64,000 bases of DNA, taken from contig OZ024743.1 in NCBI GenBank assembly GCA_964016885.1, positions 321,284,001 to 321,348,000 of the forward strand. The letters are read 5' to 3'. Positions 38,501 to 53,500 of this stretch are shown here, in pieces. The stretch comes from Eledone cirrhosa (lineage: Eukaryota). The translations under genes were made by a program, and so were the position numbers. The notes beneath the pieces are model-generated. The model saw only the letters and a list, made by a program, of their open reading frames with translations. It had not been told where the DNA came from and searched no databases. Numbering within the stretch: the first letter of the stretch is position 1; the number at the start of each line of letters is the position of its first letter.

Positions 38501-41500
38501 GTACCAGCTCTCTGACAGAGATGACACAGGACTGAGCTGACTGGTGATATGTCACAATACAGAAGCCCAGTCCACTAGTACCAGCTCTGTGACAGAGATG
38601 ACACAGGACTGAGCTGACTGGTGATATGTCACAATACAGAAGTCCAGTCCACTAGTACCAGCTCTGTGACAGAGATGACACAGGACTGAGCTGACTGGTG
38701 ATATGTCACAATACAGAAGTCCAGTACACTAGTACCAGCTCTGTGACAGAAATGACAAAGGACTGAGCTGACTGGTGATATGTCACAATACAGAAGTCCA
38801 GTACACTAGTACCAGCTCTGTGACAGAGATGACACAGGACTGAGTTGACGGGTGATATGTCACAATACAGAAGTCCAGTCCACTAGTACCAGCTCTGTGA
38901 CAGAGATGACACAGGACTGAGCTGACTGGTTATATGTTATAATACAGAAGTCCAGGCAATTAGTACCAGCTCTGTGACATAATATATGACACAGGACTGA
39001 GAGGAGTAGTGATATGTTATAATACAGAATTCCAGTACACTAGTACCAGCTCTGTGACATAGATGACACAGGACTGAGCTGACTGGTGATATGTCACAAT
39101 ACAGAAGTCCAGTCCACTAGTACCAGCTCTGTGACAGAGATGACACAGGACTGAGCTGACTGGTCATATGTTATAATACAGAAGCCCAGTCCACTAGTAC
39201 CAGCTCTGTGACAGAGATGACACAGGACTGAGCTGACTGGTGATATGTCACAATACAGAAGTCCAGTCCACTAGTACCAGCTCTGTGACAGAGATGACAC
39301 AGAACTGAGCTGACTGGTGATATGTCACAATACAGAAGCCCAGTCCACTAGTACCAGCTCTGTGACAGAGATGACACAGGACTGAGCTGACTGGTCATAT
39401 GTTATAATACAGAAGTCCAGTCCACTGGTACCAGCTCTGTGACATAGATGACACAGGACTGAGCTGACTGGTGATATGTCACAATACAGAAGTCCAGTCA
39501 ACTAGTACCAGCTCTGTGACAGAGATGACACAGAACTGAGCTGACTGGTCATATGTTATAATACAGAAGTCCAGTCCACTAGTACCAGCTCTGTAACAGA
39601 GATGACACAGGACTGAGCTGACTGGTGATATGTCACAATAGAGAAGTCCAGTCCACTAGTACCAGCTCTGTGACAGAGATGACACAGAACAGAGCTGACT
39701 GGTGATATGTCACAATACAGAAGTCCAGTCCACTAGTACCAGCTCTGTGACAGAGATGACACAGAACTGAGCTGACTGGTCATATGTTATAATACAGAAG
39801 TCCAGTACACTAGTACCAGCTCTGTGACAGAGATGACACAGGACTGAGCTGACTGGTCATATGTTATAATACAGAAGTCCAGTACACTAGTACCAGCTCT
39901 GTGACAGAGATGACACATGACTGAGCTGACTGGTGATATGTTATAATACAGAAGTCCAGTACACTAGTACCAGCTCTGTGACAGAGATGACACAGGACTC
40001 AGCTGACTCGTGATATGTCACAATACAGAAGTCCAGTCCACTAGTACCAGCTCTGTGACAGAGATGACACAGGACTGAGCTGACTGGTGATATGTTATAA
40101 TACAGAAGTCCAGTCCACTAGTACCAGCTCTGTAACAGAGATGACACAGGACTGAGCTGACTGGTGATATGTCACAATACAGAAGTCCAGTACACTAGTA
40201 CCAGCTCTGTGACAGAGATGACACAGGACTGAGCTGACTGGTCATATGTTATAATACAGAAGTCCAGTCCACTAGTACCAGCTCTGTGACAGAGATGACA
40301 CAGGACTGAGCTGACTGGTGATATGTTATAATACAGAAGCCCAGTCCACTAGTACCAGCTCTGTGACAGAGATGACACAGGACTGAGCAGACTGGTGATA
40401 TGTCACAATACAGAAGTCCAGTCCACTAGTACCAGCTCTGTGTCATAATATATGACACAGGACTGAGATGAGTAGTGATATGTTATAATACAGAAGCCCA
40501 GTCCACTAGTACCAGCTCTGTAACAGAAATGACACAGGACTGAGCTGACTGGTCATATGTTATAATACAGAAGTCCAGTCCACTAGTACCAGCTCTGTGA
40601 CAGGGATGACACAGGACTGAGCTGACTGGTGATATGTTATAATACAGAAGCCCAGTCCACTAGTACCAGCTCTGTGACAGAGATGACACAGGACTGAGCA
40701 GACTGGTGATATGTCACAATACAGAAGTCCAGTCCACTAGTACCAGCTCTGTGTCGTAATATATGACACAGGACTGAGATGAGTAGTGATATGTTATAAT
40801 ACAGAAGCCCAGTCCACTAGTACCAGCTCTGTAACAGAGATGAGACAGGACTGAGCTGACTGGTGATATGTCACAATACAGAAGTCCAGTACACTAGTAC
40901 CAGCTCTGTGACAGAGATGACACAGGACTGAGCTGACTGGTGATATGTTATAATACAGAAGTCCAGTACACTAGTACCAGCTCTGTGACAGAGATGACAC
41001 AGGACTGAGCTGACTGGTGATATGTTATAATACAGAAGTCCAGTACACTAGTACCAGCTCTGTGACAGAGATGACACAGGACTGAGCTGACTGGTGATAT
41101 GTTATAATACAGAAGTCCAGTCCACTAGTACCAGCTCTGTGACAGAGATGACACAGGACTGAGCTGACTGGTGATATGCCACAATACAGAAGTCCAGTCC
41201 ACTAGTACCAGCTCTGTGACAGAGATGACACAGGACTGAGCTGACTGGTCATATGTTATAATACAGAAGCCCAGTCCACTAGTACCAGCTCTGTGACAGA
41301 GATGACACAGGACTGAGCTGACTGGTGATATGTCACAATACAGAAGTCCAGTCCACTAGTACCAGCTCTGTGACAGAGATGACACAGGACTGATCTGACT
41401 GGTGATATGTCACAATACAGAAGTCCAGTCCACTATTACCAGCTCTGTGACAGAGATGACACAGGACTGAGCTGACTGGTGATATGTCACAATACAGAAG

Positions 41501-44500
41501 TCCAGTCCACTAGTACCAGTTCTGTGACAGAGATGACACAGGACTGAGCTGACTGGTCATATGTTATAATACAGAAGTCCAGTCCACTAGTACCAGCTCT
41601 GTGACAGAGATGACACAGGACTGAGCTGACTGGTGATATGTCACAATACAGAAGTCCAGTCCACTAGTACCAGCTCTGTGACAGAGATGACACAGGACTG
41701 AGCTGACTGGTGATATGTCACAATACAGAAGTCCAGTCCACTAGTACCAGCTCTGTGACAGAGATGACACAGGACTGAGCTGACTGGTGATATGTCACAA
41801 TACAGAAGTCCAGTCCACTAGTACCAGCTCTGTGACAGAGATGACACAGGACTGAGCTGACTGGTGATATGTCACAATACAGAAGTCCAGTACACTAGTA
41901 CCAGCTCTGTGACAGAAATGACAAAGGACTGAGCTGACTGGTGATATGTCACAATACAGAAGTCCAGTACACTAGTACCAGCTCTGTGACAGAGATGACA
42001 CAGGACTGAGCTGACGGGTGATATGTCACAATACAGAAGTCCAGTCCACTAGTACCAACTCTGTGACAGAGATGACACAGGACTGAGCTGACTGGTTATA
42101 TGTTATAATACAGAAGTCCAGTCCACTAGTACCAGCTCTGTGACAGAGATGACACAGGACTGAGCTGACTGGTCATATGTTATAATACAGAAGTCCAGTC
42201 CACTAGTACCAGCTCTGTGACAGAGATGACACAGGACTGAGCTGACTGGTGATATGTTATAATACAGAAGTCCAGTCCACTAGTACCAGCTCTGTAACAG
42301 AGATGACACAGGACTGAGCTGACTGGTGATATGTTATAATACAGAAGTCCAGTCCACTAGTACCAGCTCTGTGACAGAGATGACACAGGACTGAGCTCAC
42401 TGGTGATATGTTATAATACAGAAGTCCAGTCCACTAGTACCAGATCTGTGTCATAATATATGACACAGGACTGAGATGAGTAGTGATATGTTATAATACA
42501 GAAGCCCAGTCCACTAGTACCAGCTCTGTGACAGAGATGACACAGGACTGAGCTGACTGGTGATATGTCACAATACAGAAGTCCAGTCCACTAGTACCAG
42601 CTCTATAACAGAGATGACACAGGACTGAGCTGACTGGTCTTATGTTATAATACAGAAGTCCAGTCCACTAGTACCAGCTCTGTGACAGAGATGACACAGG
42701 ACTGAGCTGACTGGTGATATGTTATAATACAGAAGCCCAGTCCACTAGTACCAGCTCTGTGACAGAGATGACACAGGACTGAGCTGACTGGTGATATGTC
42801 ACAATACAGAAGTCCAGTCCACTAGTACCAGCTCTGTGACAGAGATGTCACAGGACTGATCTGACTGGTGATATGTCACAATACAGAAGTCCAGTCCACT
42901 AGTACCAGCTCTCTGACAGAGATGACACAGGACTGAGCTGACTGGTGATATGTCACATTACAGAAGCCCAGTCCACTAGTACCAGCTCTGTGACAGAGAT
43001 GACACAGGACTGAGCTGACTGGTGATATGTCACAATACAGAAGTCCAGTCCACTAGTACCAGCTCTGTGACAGAGATGACACAGGACTGAGCTGACTGGT
43101 GATATGTCACAATACAGAAGTCCAGTACACTAGTACCAGCTCTGTGACAGAAATGACAAAGGACTGAGCTGACTGGTGATATGTCACAATACAGAAGTCC
43201 AGTACACTAGTACCAGCTCTGTGACAGAGATGACACAGGACTGAGCTGACGGGTGATATGTCACAATACAGAAGTCCAGTCCACTAGTACCAGCTCTGTG
43301 ACAGAGATGACACAGGACTGAGCTGACTGGTTATATGTTATAATACAGAAGTCCAGTCCACTAGTACCAGCTCTGTGACAGAGATGACACAGGACTGAGC
43401 TGACTGGTCATATGTTATAATACAGAAGTCCAGTCCACTAGTACCAGCTCTGTGACAGAGATAACACAGGACTGATCTGACTGGTGATATGTCACAATAC
43501 AGAAGTCCAGTCCACTAGTACCAGCTCTATGACAGACATGACACAGGACTGAGCTGACTGGTCTTATGTTATAATACAGAAGTCCAGTCCACTAGTACCA
43601 GCTCTGTGACAGAGATGACACAGGACTGAGCTGACTGGTGATATGTTATAATACAGAAGCCCAGGCAATTAGTACCAGCTCTGTGACATAATATATGACA
43701 CAGGACTGAGAGGAGTAGTGATATGTTATAATACAGAATTCCAGTACACTAGTACCAGCTCTGTGACATAGATGACACAGGACTGAGCTGACTGGTGATA
43801 TGTCACAATACAGAAGTCCAGTCCACTAGTACCAGCTCTGTGACAGAGATGACACAGGACTGAGCTGACTGGTCATATGTTATAATACAGAAGCCCAGTC
43901 CACTAGTACCAGCTCTGTGACAGAGATGACACAGGACTGAGCTGACTGGTGATATGTCACAATACAGAAGTCCAGTCCACTAGTACCAGCTCTGTGACAG
44001 AGATGACACAGAACTGAGCTGACTGGTGATATGTCACAATACAGAAGCCCAGTCCACTAGTACCAGCTCTGTGACAGAGATGACACAGGACTGAGCTGAC
44101 TGGTCATATGTTATAATACAGAAGTCCAGTCCACTGGTACCAGCTCTGTGACATAGATGACACAGGACTGAGCTGACTGGTGATATGTCACAATACAGAA
44201 GTCCAGTCAACTAGTACCAGCTCTGTGACAGAGATGACACAGAACTGAGCTGACTGGTCATATGTTATAATACAGAAGTCCAGTCCACTAGTACCAGCTC
44301 TGTAACAGAGATGACACAGGACTGAGCTGACTGGTGATATGTCACAATACAGAAGTCCAGTCCACTAGTACCAGCTCTGTGACAGAGATGACACAGAACA
44401 GAGCTGACTGGTGATATGTCACAATACAGAAGTCCAGTCCACTAGTACCAGCTCTGTGACAGAGATGACACAGAACTGAGCTGACTGGTCATATGTTATA

Positions 44501-47500
44501 ATACAGAAGTCCAGTACACTAGTACCAGCTCTGTGACAGAGATGACACAGGACTGAGCTGACTGGTCATATGTTATAATACAGAAGTCCAGTACACTAGT
44601 ACCAGCTCTGTGACAGAGATGACACATGACTGAGCTGACTGGTGATATGTTATAATACAGAAGTCCAGTACACTAGTACCAGCTCTGTGACAGAGATGAC
44701 ACAGGACTCAGCTGACTCGTGATATGTCACAATACAGAAGTCCAGTCCACTAGTACCAGCTCTGTGACAGAGATGACACAGGACTGAGCTGACTGGTGAT
44801 ATGTTATAATACAGAAGTCCAGTCCACTAGTACCAGCTCTGTGACAGAGATGACACAGGACTGAGCTGACTGGTGATATGTCACAATACAGAAGTCCAGT
44901 ACACTAGTACCAGCTCTGTGACAGAGATGACACAGGACTGAGCTGACTGGTCATATGTTATAATACAGAAGTCCAGTCCACTAGTACCAGCTCTGTGACA
45001 GAGATGACACAGGACTGAGCTGACTGGTGATATGTTATAATACAGAAGCCCAGTCCACTAGTACCAGCTCTGTGACAGAGATGACACAGGACTGAGCAGA
45101 CTGGTGATATGTCACAATACAGAAGTCCAGTCCACTAGTACCAGCTCTGTGTCATAATATATGACACAGGACTGAGATGAGTAGTGATATGTTATAATAC
45201 AGAAGCCCAGTCCACTAGTACCAGCTCTGTAACAGAGATGAGACAGGACTGAGCTGACTGGTGATATGTCACAATACAGAAGTCCAGTACACTAGTACCA
45301 GCTCTGTGACAGAGATGACACAGGACTGAGCTGACTGGTCATATGTTATAATACAGAAGCCCAGTCCACTAGTACCAGATCTGTGACAGAGATGACACAG
45401 GACTGAGCTGACTGGTGATATGTCACAATACAGAAGTCCAGTCCACTAGTACCAGCTCTGTGACAGAGATGACACAGGACTGATCTGACTGGTGATATGT
45501 CACAATACAGAAGTCCAGTCCACTAGTACCAGCTCTGTGACAGAGATGACACAGGAATGAGCTGACTGGTGATATGTCACAATACAGAAGCCCAGTCCAC
45601 TAGTACCAGTTCTGTGACAGAGATGACACAGGACTGAGCTGACTGGTCATATGTTATAATACAGAAGTCCAGTCCACTAGTACCAGCTCTGTGACAGAGA
45701 TGACACAGGACTGAGCTGACTGGTGATATGTCACAATACAGAAGTCCAGTCCACTAGTACCAGCTCTGTGACAGAGATGACACAGGACTGAGCTGACTGG
45801 TGATATGTCACAATACAGAAGTCCAGTCCACTAGTACCAGCTCTGTGACAGAGATGACACAGGACTGAGCTGACTGGTGATATGTCACAATACAGAAGTC
45901 CAGTCCACTAGTACCAGCTCTGTGACAGAGATGACACAGGACTGAGCTGACTGGTGATATGTCACAATACAGAAGTCCAGTACACTAGTACCAGCTCTGT
46001 GACAGAAATGACAAAGGACTGAGCTGACTGGTGATATGTCACAATACAGAAGTCCAGTACACTAGTACCAGCTCTGTGACAGAGATGACACGGGACTGAG
46101 CTGACGGGTGATATGTCACAATACAGAAGTCCAGTCCACTAGTACCAACTCTGTGACAGAGATGACACAGGACTGAGCTGACTGGTTATATGTTATAATA
46201 CAGAAGTCCAGTCCACTAGTACCAGCTCTGTGACAGAGATGACACAGGACTGAGCTGACTGGTCATATGTTATAATACAGAAGTCCAGTCCACTAGTACC
46301 AGCTCTGTGACAGAGATGCCACAGGACTGAGCTGACTGGTGATATGTTATAATACAGAAGTCCAGTCCACTAGTACCAGCTCTGTAACAGAGATGACACA
46401 GGACTGAGCTGACTGGTGATATGTTATAATACAGAAGTCCAGTCCACTAGTACCAGCTCTGTGACAGAGATGACACAGGACTGAGCTCACTGGTGATATG
46501 TTATAATACAGAAGTCCAGTCCACTAGTACCAGATCTGTGTCATAATATATGACACAGGACTGAGATGAGTAGTGATATGTTATAATACAGAAGCCCAGT
46601 CCACTAGTACCAGCTCTGTGACAGAGATGACACAGGACTGAGCTGACTGGTGATATGTCACAATACAGAAGTCCAGTCCACTAGTACCAGCTCTGTGACA
46701 GAGATGACACAGGACTGATCTGACTGGTGATATGTCACAATACAGAAGTCCAGTCCACTAGTACCAGCTCTGTGACAGAGATGACACAGGACTGAGCTGA
46801 CTGGTGATATGTCACAATACAGAAGCCCAGTCCACTAGTACCAGTTCTGTGACAGAGATGACACAGGACTGAGCTGACTGGTCATATGTCACAATACAGA
46901 AGTCCAGTCCACTAGTACCAGCTCTGTGACAGAGATGACACAGGACTGAGCTGACTGGTGATATGTCATAATACAGAAGTCCAGTCCACTAGTACCAGCT
47001 CTGTGACAGAGATGACACAGGACTGAGCTGACTGGTGATATGTCACAATACAGAAGTCCAGTCCACTAGTACCAGCTCTGTGACAGAGATGACACAGGAC
47101 TGAGCTGACTGGTGATATGTCACAATACAGAAGTCCAGTCCACTAGTACCAGCTCTGTGACAGAGATGACACAGGACTGAGCTGACTGGTGATATGTCAC
47201 AATACAGAAGTCCAGTACACTAGTACCAGCTCTGTGACAGAAATGACAAAGGACTGAGCTGACTGGTGATATGTCACAATACAGAAGTCCAGTACACTAG
47301 TACCAGCTCTGTGACAGAGATGACACAGGACTGAGCTGACGGGTGATATGTCACAATACAGAAGTCCAGTCCACTAGTACCAGCTCTGTCACAGAGATGA
47401 CACAGGACTGAGCTGACTGGTTATATGTTATAATACAGAAGTCCAGTCCACTAGTACCAGCTCTGTGACAGAGATGACACAGGACTGAGCTGACTGGTCA

Positions 47501-50500
47501 TATGTTATAATACAGAAGTCCAGTCCACTAGTACCAGCTCTGAGACAGAGATGACACAGGACTGAGCTGACTGGTGATATGTTATAATACAGAAGTCCAG
47601 TCCACTATTACCAGCTCTGTAACACAGATGACACAGGACTGAGCTGACTGGTGATATGTTATAATACAGAAGTCCAGTCCACTAGTACCAGCTCTGTGAC
47701 AGAGATGACACAGGACTGAGCTGACTGGTGATATGTCACAATACAGAAGTCCAGTCCACTAGTACCAGCTCTATGACAGAGATGACACAGGACTGAGCTG
47801 AGTGGTCTTATGTTATAATACAGAAGTCCAGTCCACTAGTACCAGCTCTGTGACAGAGATGACACAGGACTGAGCTGACTGGTCATATGTTATAATACAG
47901 AAGCCCAGTCCACTAGTACCAGCTCTGTGACAGAGATGACACAGGACTGAGCTGACTGGTGATATGTCACAATACAGAAGTCCAGTCCACTAGTACCAGC
48001 TCTATGACAGAGATGACACAGGACTGAGCTGACTGGTGATATGTCACAATACAGAAGTCCAGTCCACTAGTACCAGCTCTGTGACAGAGATGACACAGGA
48101 CTGAGCTGACTGGTGATATGTCACAATACAGAAGTCCAGTCCACTAGTACCAGCTCTGTGACAGAGATGACACAGGACTGAGCTGACTGGTGATATGTCA
48201 CAATACAGAAGTCCAGTCCACTAGTACCAGCTCTGTGACAGAGATGACACAGGACTGAGCTGACTGGTGATATGTCACAATACAGAAGTCCAGTACACTA
48301 GTACCAACTCTGTGACAGAAATGACAAAGGACTGAGCTGACTGGTGATATGTCACAATACAGAAGTCCAGTACACTAGTACCAGCTCTGTGACAGAGATG
48401 ACACAGGACTGAGCTGACGGGTGATATGTCACAATACAGAAGTCCAGTCCACTAGTACCAACTCTGTGACAGAGATGAGACAGGACTGAGCTGACTGGTT
48501 ATATGTTATAATACAGAAGTCCAGTCCACTAGTACCAGCTCTGTGACAGAGATGACACAGGACTGAGCTGACTGGTCATATGTTATAATACAGAAGTCCA
48601 GTCCACTAGTACCAGCTCTGTGACAGAGATGCCACAGGACTGAGCTGACTGGTGATATGTTATAATACAGAAGTCCAGTCCACTAGTACCAGCTCTGTAA
48701 CAGAGATGACACAGGACTGAGCTGACTGGTGATATGTTATAATACAGAAGTCCAGTCCACTAGTACCAGCTCTGTGACAGAGATGACACAGGACTGAGCT
48801 CACTGGTGATATGTTATAATACAGAAGTCCAGTCCACTAGTACCAGATCTGTGTCATAATATATGACACAGGACTGAGATGAGTAGTGATATGTTATAAT
48901 ACAGAAGCCCAGTCCACTAGTACCAGCTCTGTGACAGAGATGACACAGGACTGAGCTGACTGGTGATATGTCACAATACAGAAGTCCAGTCCACTAGTAC
49001 CAGCTCTGTGACAGAGATGACACAGGACTGATCTGACTGGTGATATGTCACAATACAGAAGTCCAGTCCACTAGTACCAGCTCTGTGACAGAGATGACAC
49101 AGGACTGAGCTGACTGGTGATATGTCACAATACAGAAGCCCAGTCCACTAGTACCAGTTCTGTGACAGAGATGACACAGGACTGAGCTGACTGGTCATAT
49201 GTCACAATACAGAAGTCCAGTCCACTAGTACCAGCTCTGTGACAGAGATGACACAGGACTGAGCTGACTGGTGATATGTCATAATACAGAAGTCCAGTCC
49301 ACTAGTACCAGCTCTGTGACAGAGATGACACAGGACTGAGCTGACTGGTGATATGTCACAATACAGAAGTCCAGTCCACTAGTACCAGCTCTGTGACAGA
49401 GATGACACAGGACTGAGCTGACTGGTGATATGTCACAATACAGAAGTCCAGTCCACTAGTACCAGCTCTGTGACAGAGATGACACAGGACTGAGCTGACT
49501 GGTGATATGTCACAATACAGAAGTCCAGTACACTAGTACCAGCTCTGTGACAGAAATGACAAAGGACTGAGCTGACTGGTGATATGTCACAATACAGAAG
49601 TCCAGTACACTAGTACCAGCTCTGTGACAGAGATGACACAGGACTGAGCTGACGGGTGATATGTCACAATACAGAAGTCCAGTCCACTAGTACCAGCTCT
49701 GTCACAGAGATGACACAGGACTGAGCTGACTGGTTATATGTTATAATACAGAAGTCCAGTCCACTAGTACCAGCTCTGTGACAGAGATGACACAGGACTG
49801 AGCTGACTGGTCATATGTTATAATACAGAAGTCCAGTCCACTAGTACCAGCTCTGTGACAGAGATGACACAGGACTGAGCTGACTGGTGATATGTCACAA
49901 TACAGAAGTCCAGTCCACTAGTACCAGCTCTATGACAGAGATGACACAGGACTGAGCTGACTGGTCTTATGTTATAATACAGAAGTCCAGTCCACTAGTA
50001 CCAGCTCTGTGACAGAGATGACACAGGACTGAGCTGACTGGTCATATGTTATAATACAGAAGCCCAGTCCACTAGTACCAGCTCTGTGACAGAGATGACA
50101 CAGGACTGAGCTGACTGGTGATATGTCACAATACAGAAGTTCAGTCCACTAGTACCAGCTCTATGACAGAGATGACACAGGACTGAGCTGACTGGTCTTA
50201 TGTTATAATACAGAAGTCCAGTCCACTAGTACCAGCTCTGTGACAGAGATGACACAGGACTGAGCTGACTGGTGATATGTTATAATACAGAAGCCCAGGC
50301 AATTAGTACCAGCTCTGTGACATAATATATGACACAGGACTGAGATGAGTAGTGATATGTTATAATACAGAATTCCAGTACACTAGTACCAGCTCTGTGA
50401 CAGAGATGACACAGGACTGAGCTGATTGGTCTTATGTTATAATACAGAAGTCCAGTCCACTAGTACCAGCTCTGAGACAGAGATGACACAGGACTGAGCT

Positions 50501-53500
50501 GACTGGTGATATGTTATAATACAGAAGCCCAGGCAATTAGTACCAGCTCTGTGACATAATATATGACACAGGACTGAGATGAGTAGTGATATGTTATAAT
50601 ACAGAAGTCCAGTACACTAGTACCAGCTCTGTGACAGAAATGACACAGGACTGAGCTGACTGGTGATATGTCACAATACAGAAGTCCAGTCCACTAGTAC
50701 CAGCTCTGTGACAGAGATGACACGGGACTGAGCTGACTGGTCATATGTTATAATACAGAAGCCCAGTCCACTAGTACCAGCTCTGTGACAGAGATGACAC
50801 AGGACTGAGCTGACTGGTGATATGTCACAATACAGAAGTCCAGTCCACTAGTACCAGCTCTGTGACAGAGATGACACAGGACTGATCTGACTGGTGATAT
50901 GTCACAATACAGAAGTCCAGTCCACTAGTACCAGCTCTGTGACAGAGATGACACAGGACTGAGCTGACTGGTGATATGTCACAATACAGAAGCCCAGTCC
51001 ACTAGTACCAGTTCTGTGACAGAGATGACACAGGACTGAGCTGACTGGTCATATGTTATAATACAGAAGTCCAGTCCACTAGTACCAGCTCTGTGACAGA
51101 GATGACACAGGACTGAGCTGACTGGTGATATGTCACAATACAGAAGTCCAGTCCACTAGTACCAGCTCTGTGACAGAGATGACACAGGACTGAGCTGACT
51201 GGTCATATGTTATAATACAGAAGCCCAGTCCACTAGTACCAGCTCTGTGACAGAGATGACACAGGACTGAGCTGACTGGTGATATGTTATAATACAGAAG
51301 TCCAGTCCACTAGTACCAGCTCTGTGACAGAGATGACACAGGACTGAGCTGACTGGAGATATGTCACAATACAGAAGTCCAGTCCACTAGTACCAGCTCT
51401 GTGACAGAGATGACACAGGACTGAGCTGACTGGTCATATGTTATAATACAGAAGTCCAGTCCACTAGTACCAGCTCTGTGACAGAGATGACACAGGACTG
51501 ATCTGACTGGTGATATGTTATAATACAGAAGCCCAGTCCACTAGTACCAGCTCTGTGACAGAGATGAGACAGGACTGAGCTGACTGGTGATATGTTATAA
51601 TACAGAAGTCCAGTACACTAGTACCAGCTCTGTGTCATAATATATGACACAGGACTGAGATGAGTAGTGATATGTTATAATACAGAACCCAGTCCACTAG
51701 TACCAGCTCTGTAACAGAGATGAGACAGGACTGAGCTGACTGGTGATATGTCACAATACAGAAGTCCAGTACACTAGTACCAGCTCTGTGACAGAGATGA
51801 CACAGGACTGAGCTGACTGGTGATATGTTATAATACAGAAGTCCAGTACACTAGTACCAGCTCTGTGACAGAGATGACACAGGACTGAACTGACTGGTGA
51901 TATGTCACAATACAGAAGTCCAGTACACTAGTACCAGCTCTGTGACAGAGATGACACAGGACTGAACTGACTGGTGATATGTCACAATACAGAAGTCCAG
52001 TACACTAGTACCAGCTCTGTGACAGAGATGACACAGGACTGAACTGACTGGTGATATGTCACAATACAGAAGTCCAGTACACTAGTACCAGCTCTGTGAC
52101 AGAGATGACACAGGACTGAACTGACTGGTGATATGTCACAATACAGGAGTCCAGTCCACTAGTACCAGCTCTGTGACAGAGATGACACAGGAATGAGCTG
52201 ACTGGTGATATGTTATAATACAGAAGTCCAGTACACTAGTACCAGCTCTGTGACAGAGATGAGACAGGACTGAGCTGACTGGTGATATGTCACAATACAG
52301 AAGCCCAGTACACTAGTACCAGCTCTGTGACAGAGATGACACAGGACTGAGCTGACTGGTGATATGTTATAATACAGAAGTCCAGTACACTAGTACCAGC
52401 TCTGTGACAGAGATGACACAGGACTGAGCTGACTGGAGATATGTCACAATACAGAAGTCCAGTCCACTAGTACCAGCTCTGTGACAGAGATGACACAGGA
52501 CTGAGATGAGTAGTGATATGTTATAATACAGAAGCCCAGTCCACTAGTACCAGCTCTGTAACAGAGATGAGACAGGACTGAGCTGACTGGTGATATGTCA
52601 CAATACAGAAGCCCAGTACACTAGTACCAGCTCTGTGACAGAGATGACACAGGACTGAGCTGACTGGTGATATGTTATAATACAGAAGTCCAGTACACTA
52701 GTACCAGCTCTGTGACAGAGATGACACAGGACTGAGCTGACTGGTGATATGTTATAATACAGAAGTCCAGTACACTAGTACCAGCTCTGTGTCAGAGATG
52801 ACACAGGACTGAGCTGACTGGTGATATGTCACAATACAGAAGTCCAGTCCACTAGTACCAGCTCTGTGACAGAGATGACACAGGACTGAGCTGACTGGTG
52901 ATATGTCACAATACAGAAGTCCAGTCCACTAGTACCAGCTCTGTGACAGAGATGACACAGGACTGATCTGACTGGTGATATGTCACAATACAGAAGTCCA
53001 GTCCACTAGTACCAGCTCTGTGACAGAGATGACACAGGACTGAGCTGACTGGTGATATGTCACAATACAGAAGTCCAGTACACTAGTACCAGCTCTGTGA
53101 CAGAAATGACAAAGGACTGAGCTGACTGGTGATATGTCACAATACAGAAGTCCAGTACACTAGTACCAGCTCTGTGACAGAGATGACACAGGACTGAGCT
53201 GACGGGTGATATGTCACAATACAGAAGTCCAGTCCACTAGTACCAGCACTGTGACAGAGATGACACAGGACTGAGCTGACTGGTTATATGTTATAATACA
53301 GAAGTCCAGTCCACTAGTACCAGATCTGTGACAGAGATGACACAGGACTGAGCTGACTGGTCATGTGTTATAATACAGAAGTCCAGTCCACTAGTACCAG
53401 CTCTGTGACAGAGATGACACAGGACTGAGCTGACTGGTGATATGTTATAATACAGAAGTCCAGTCCACTAGTACCAGCTCTGTAACAGAGATGACACAGG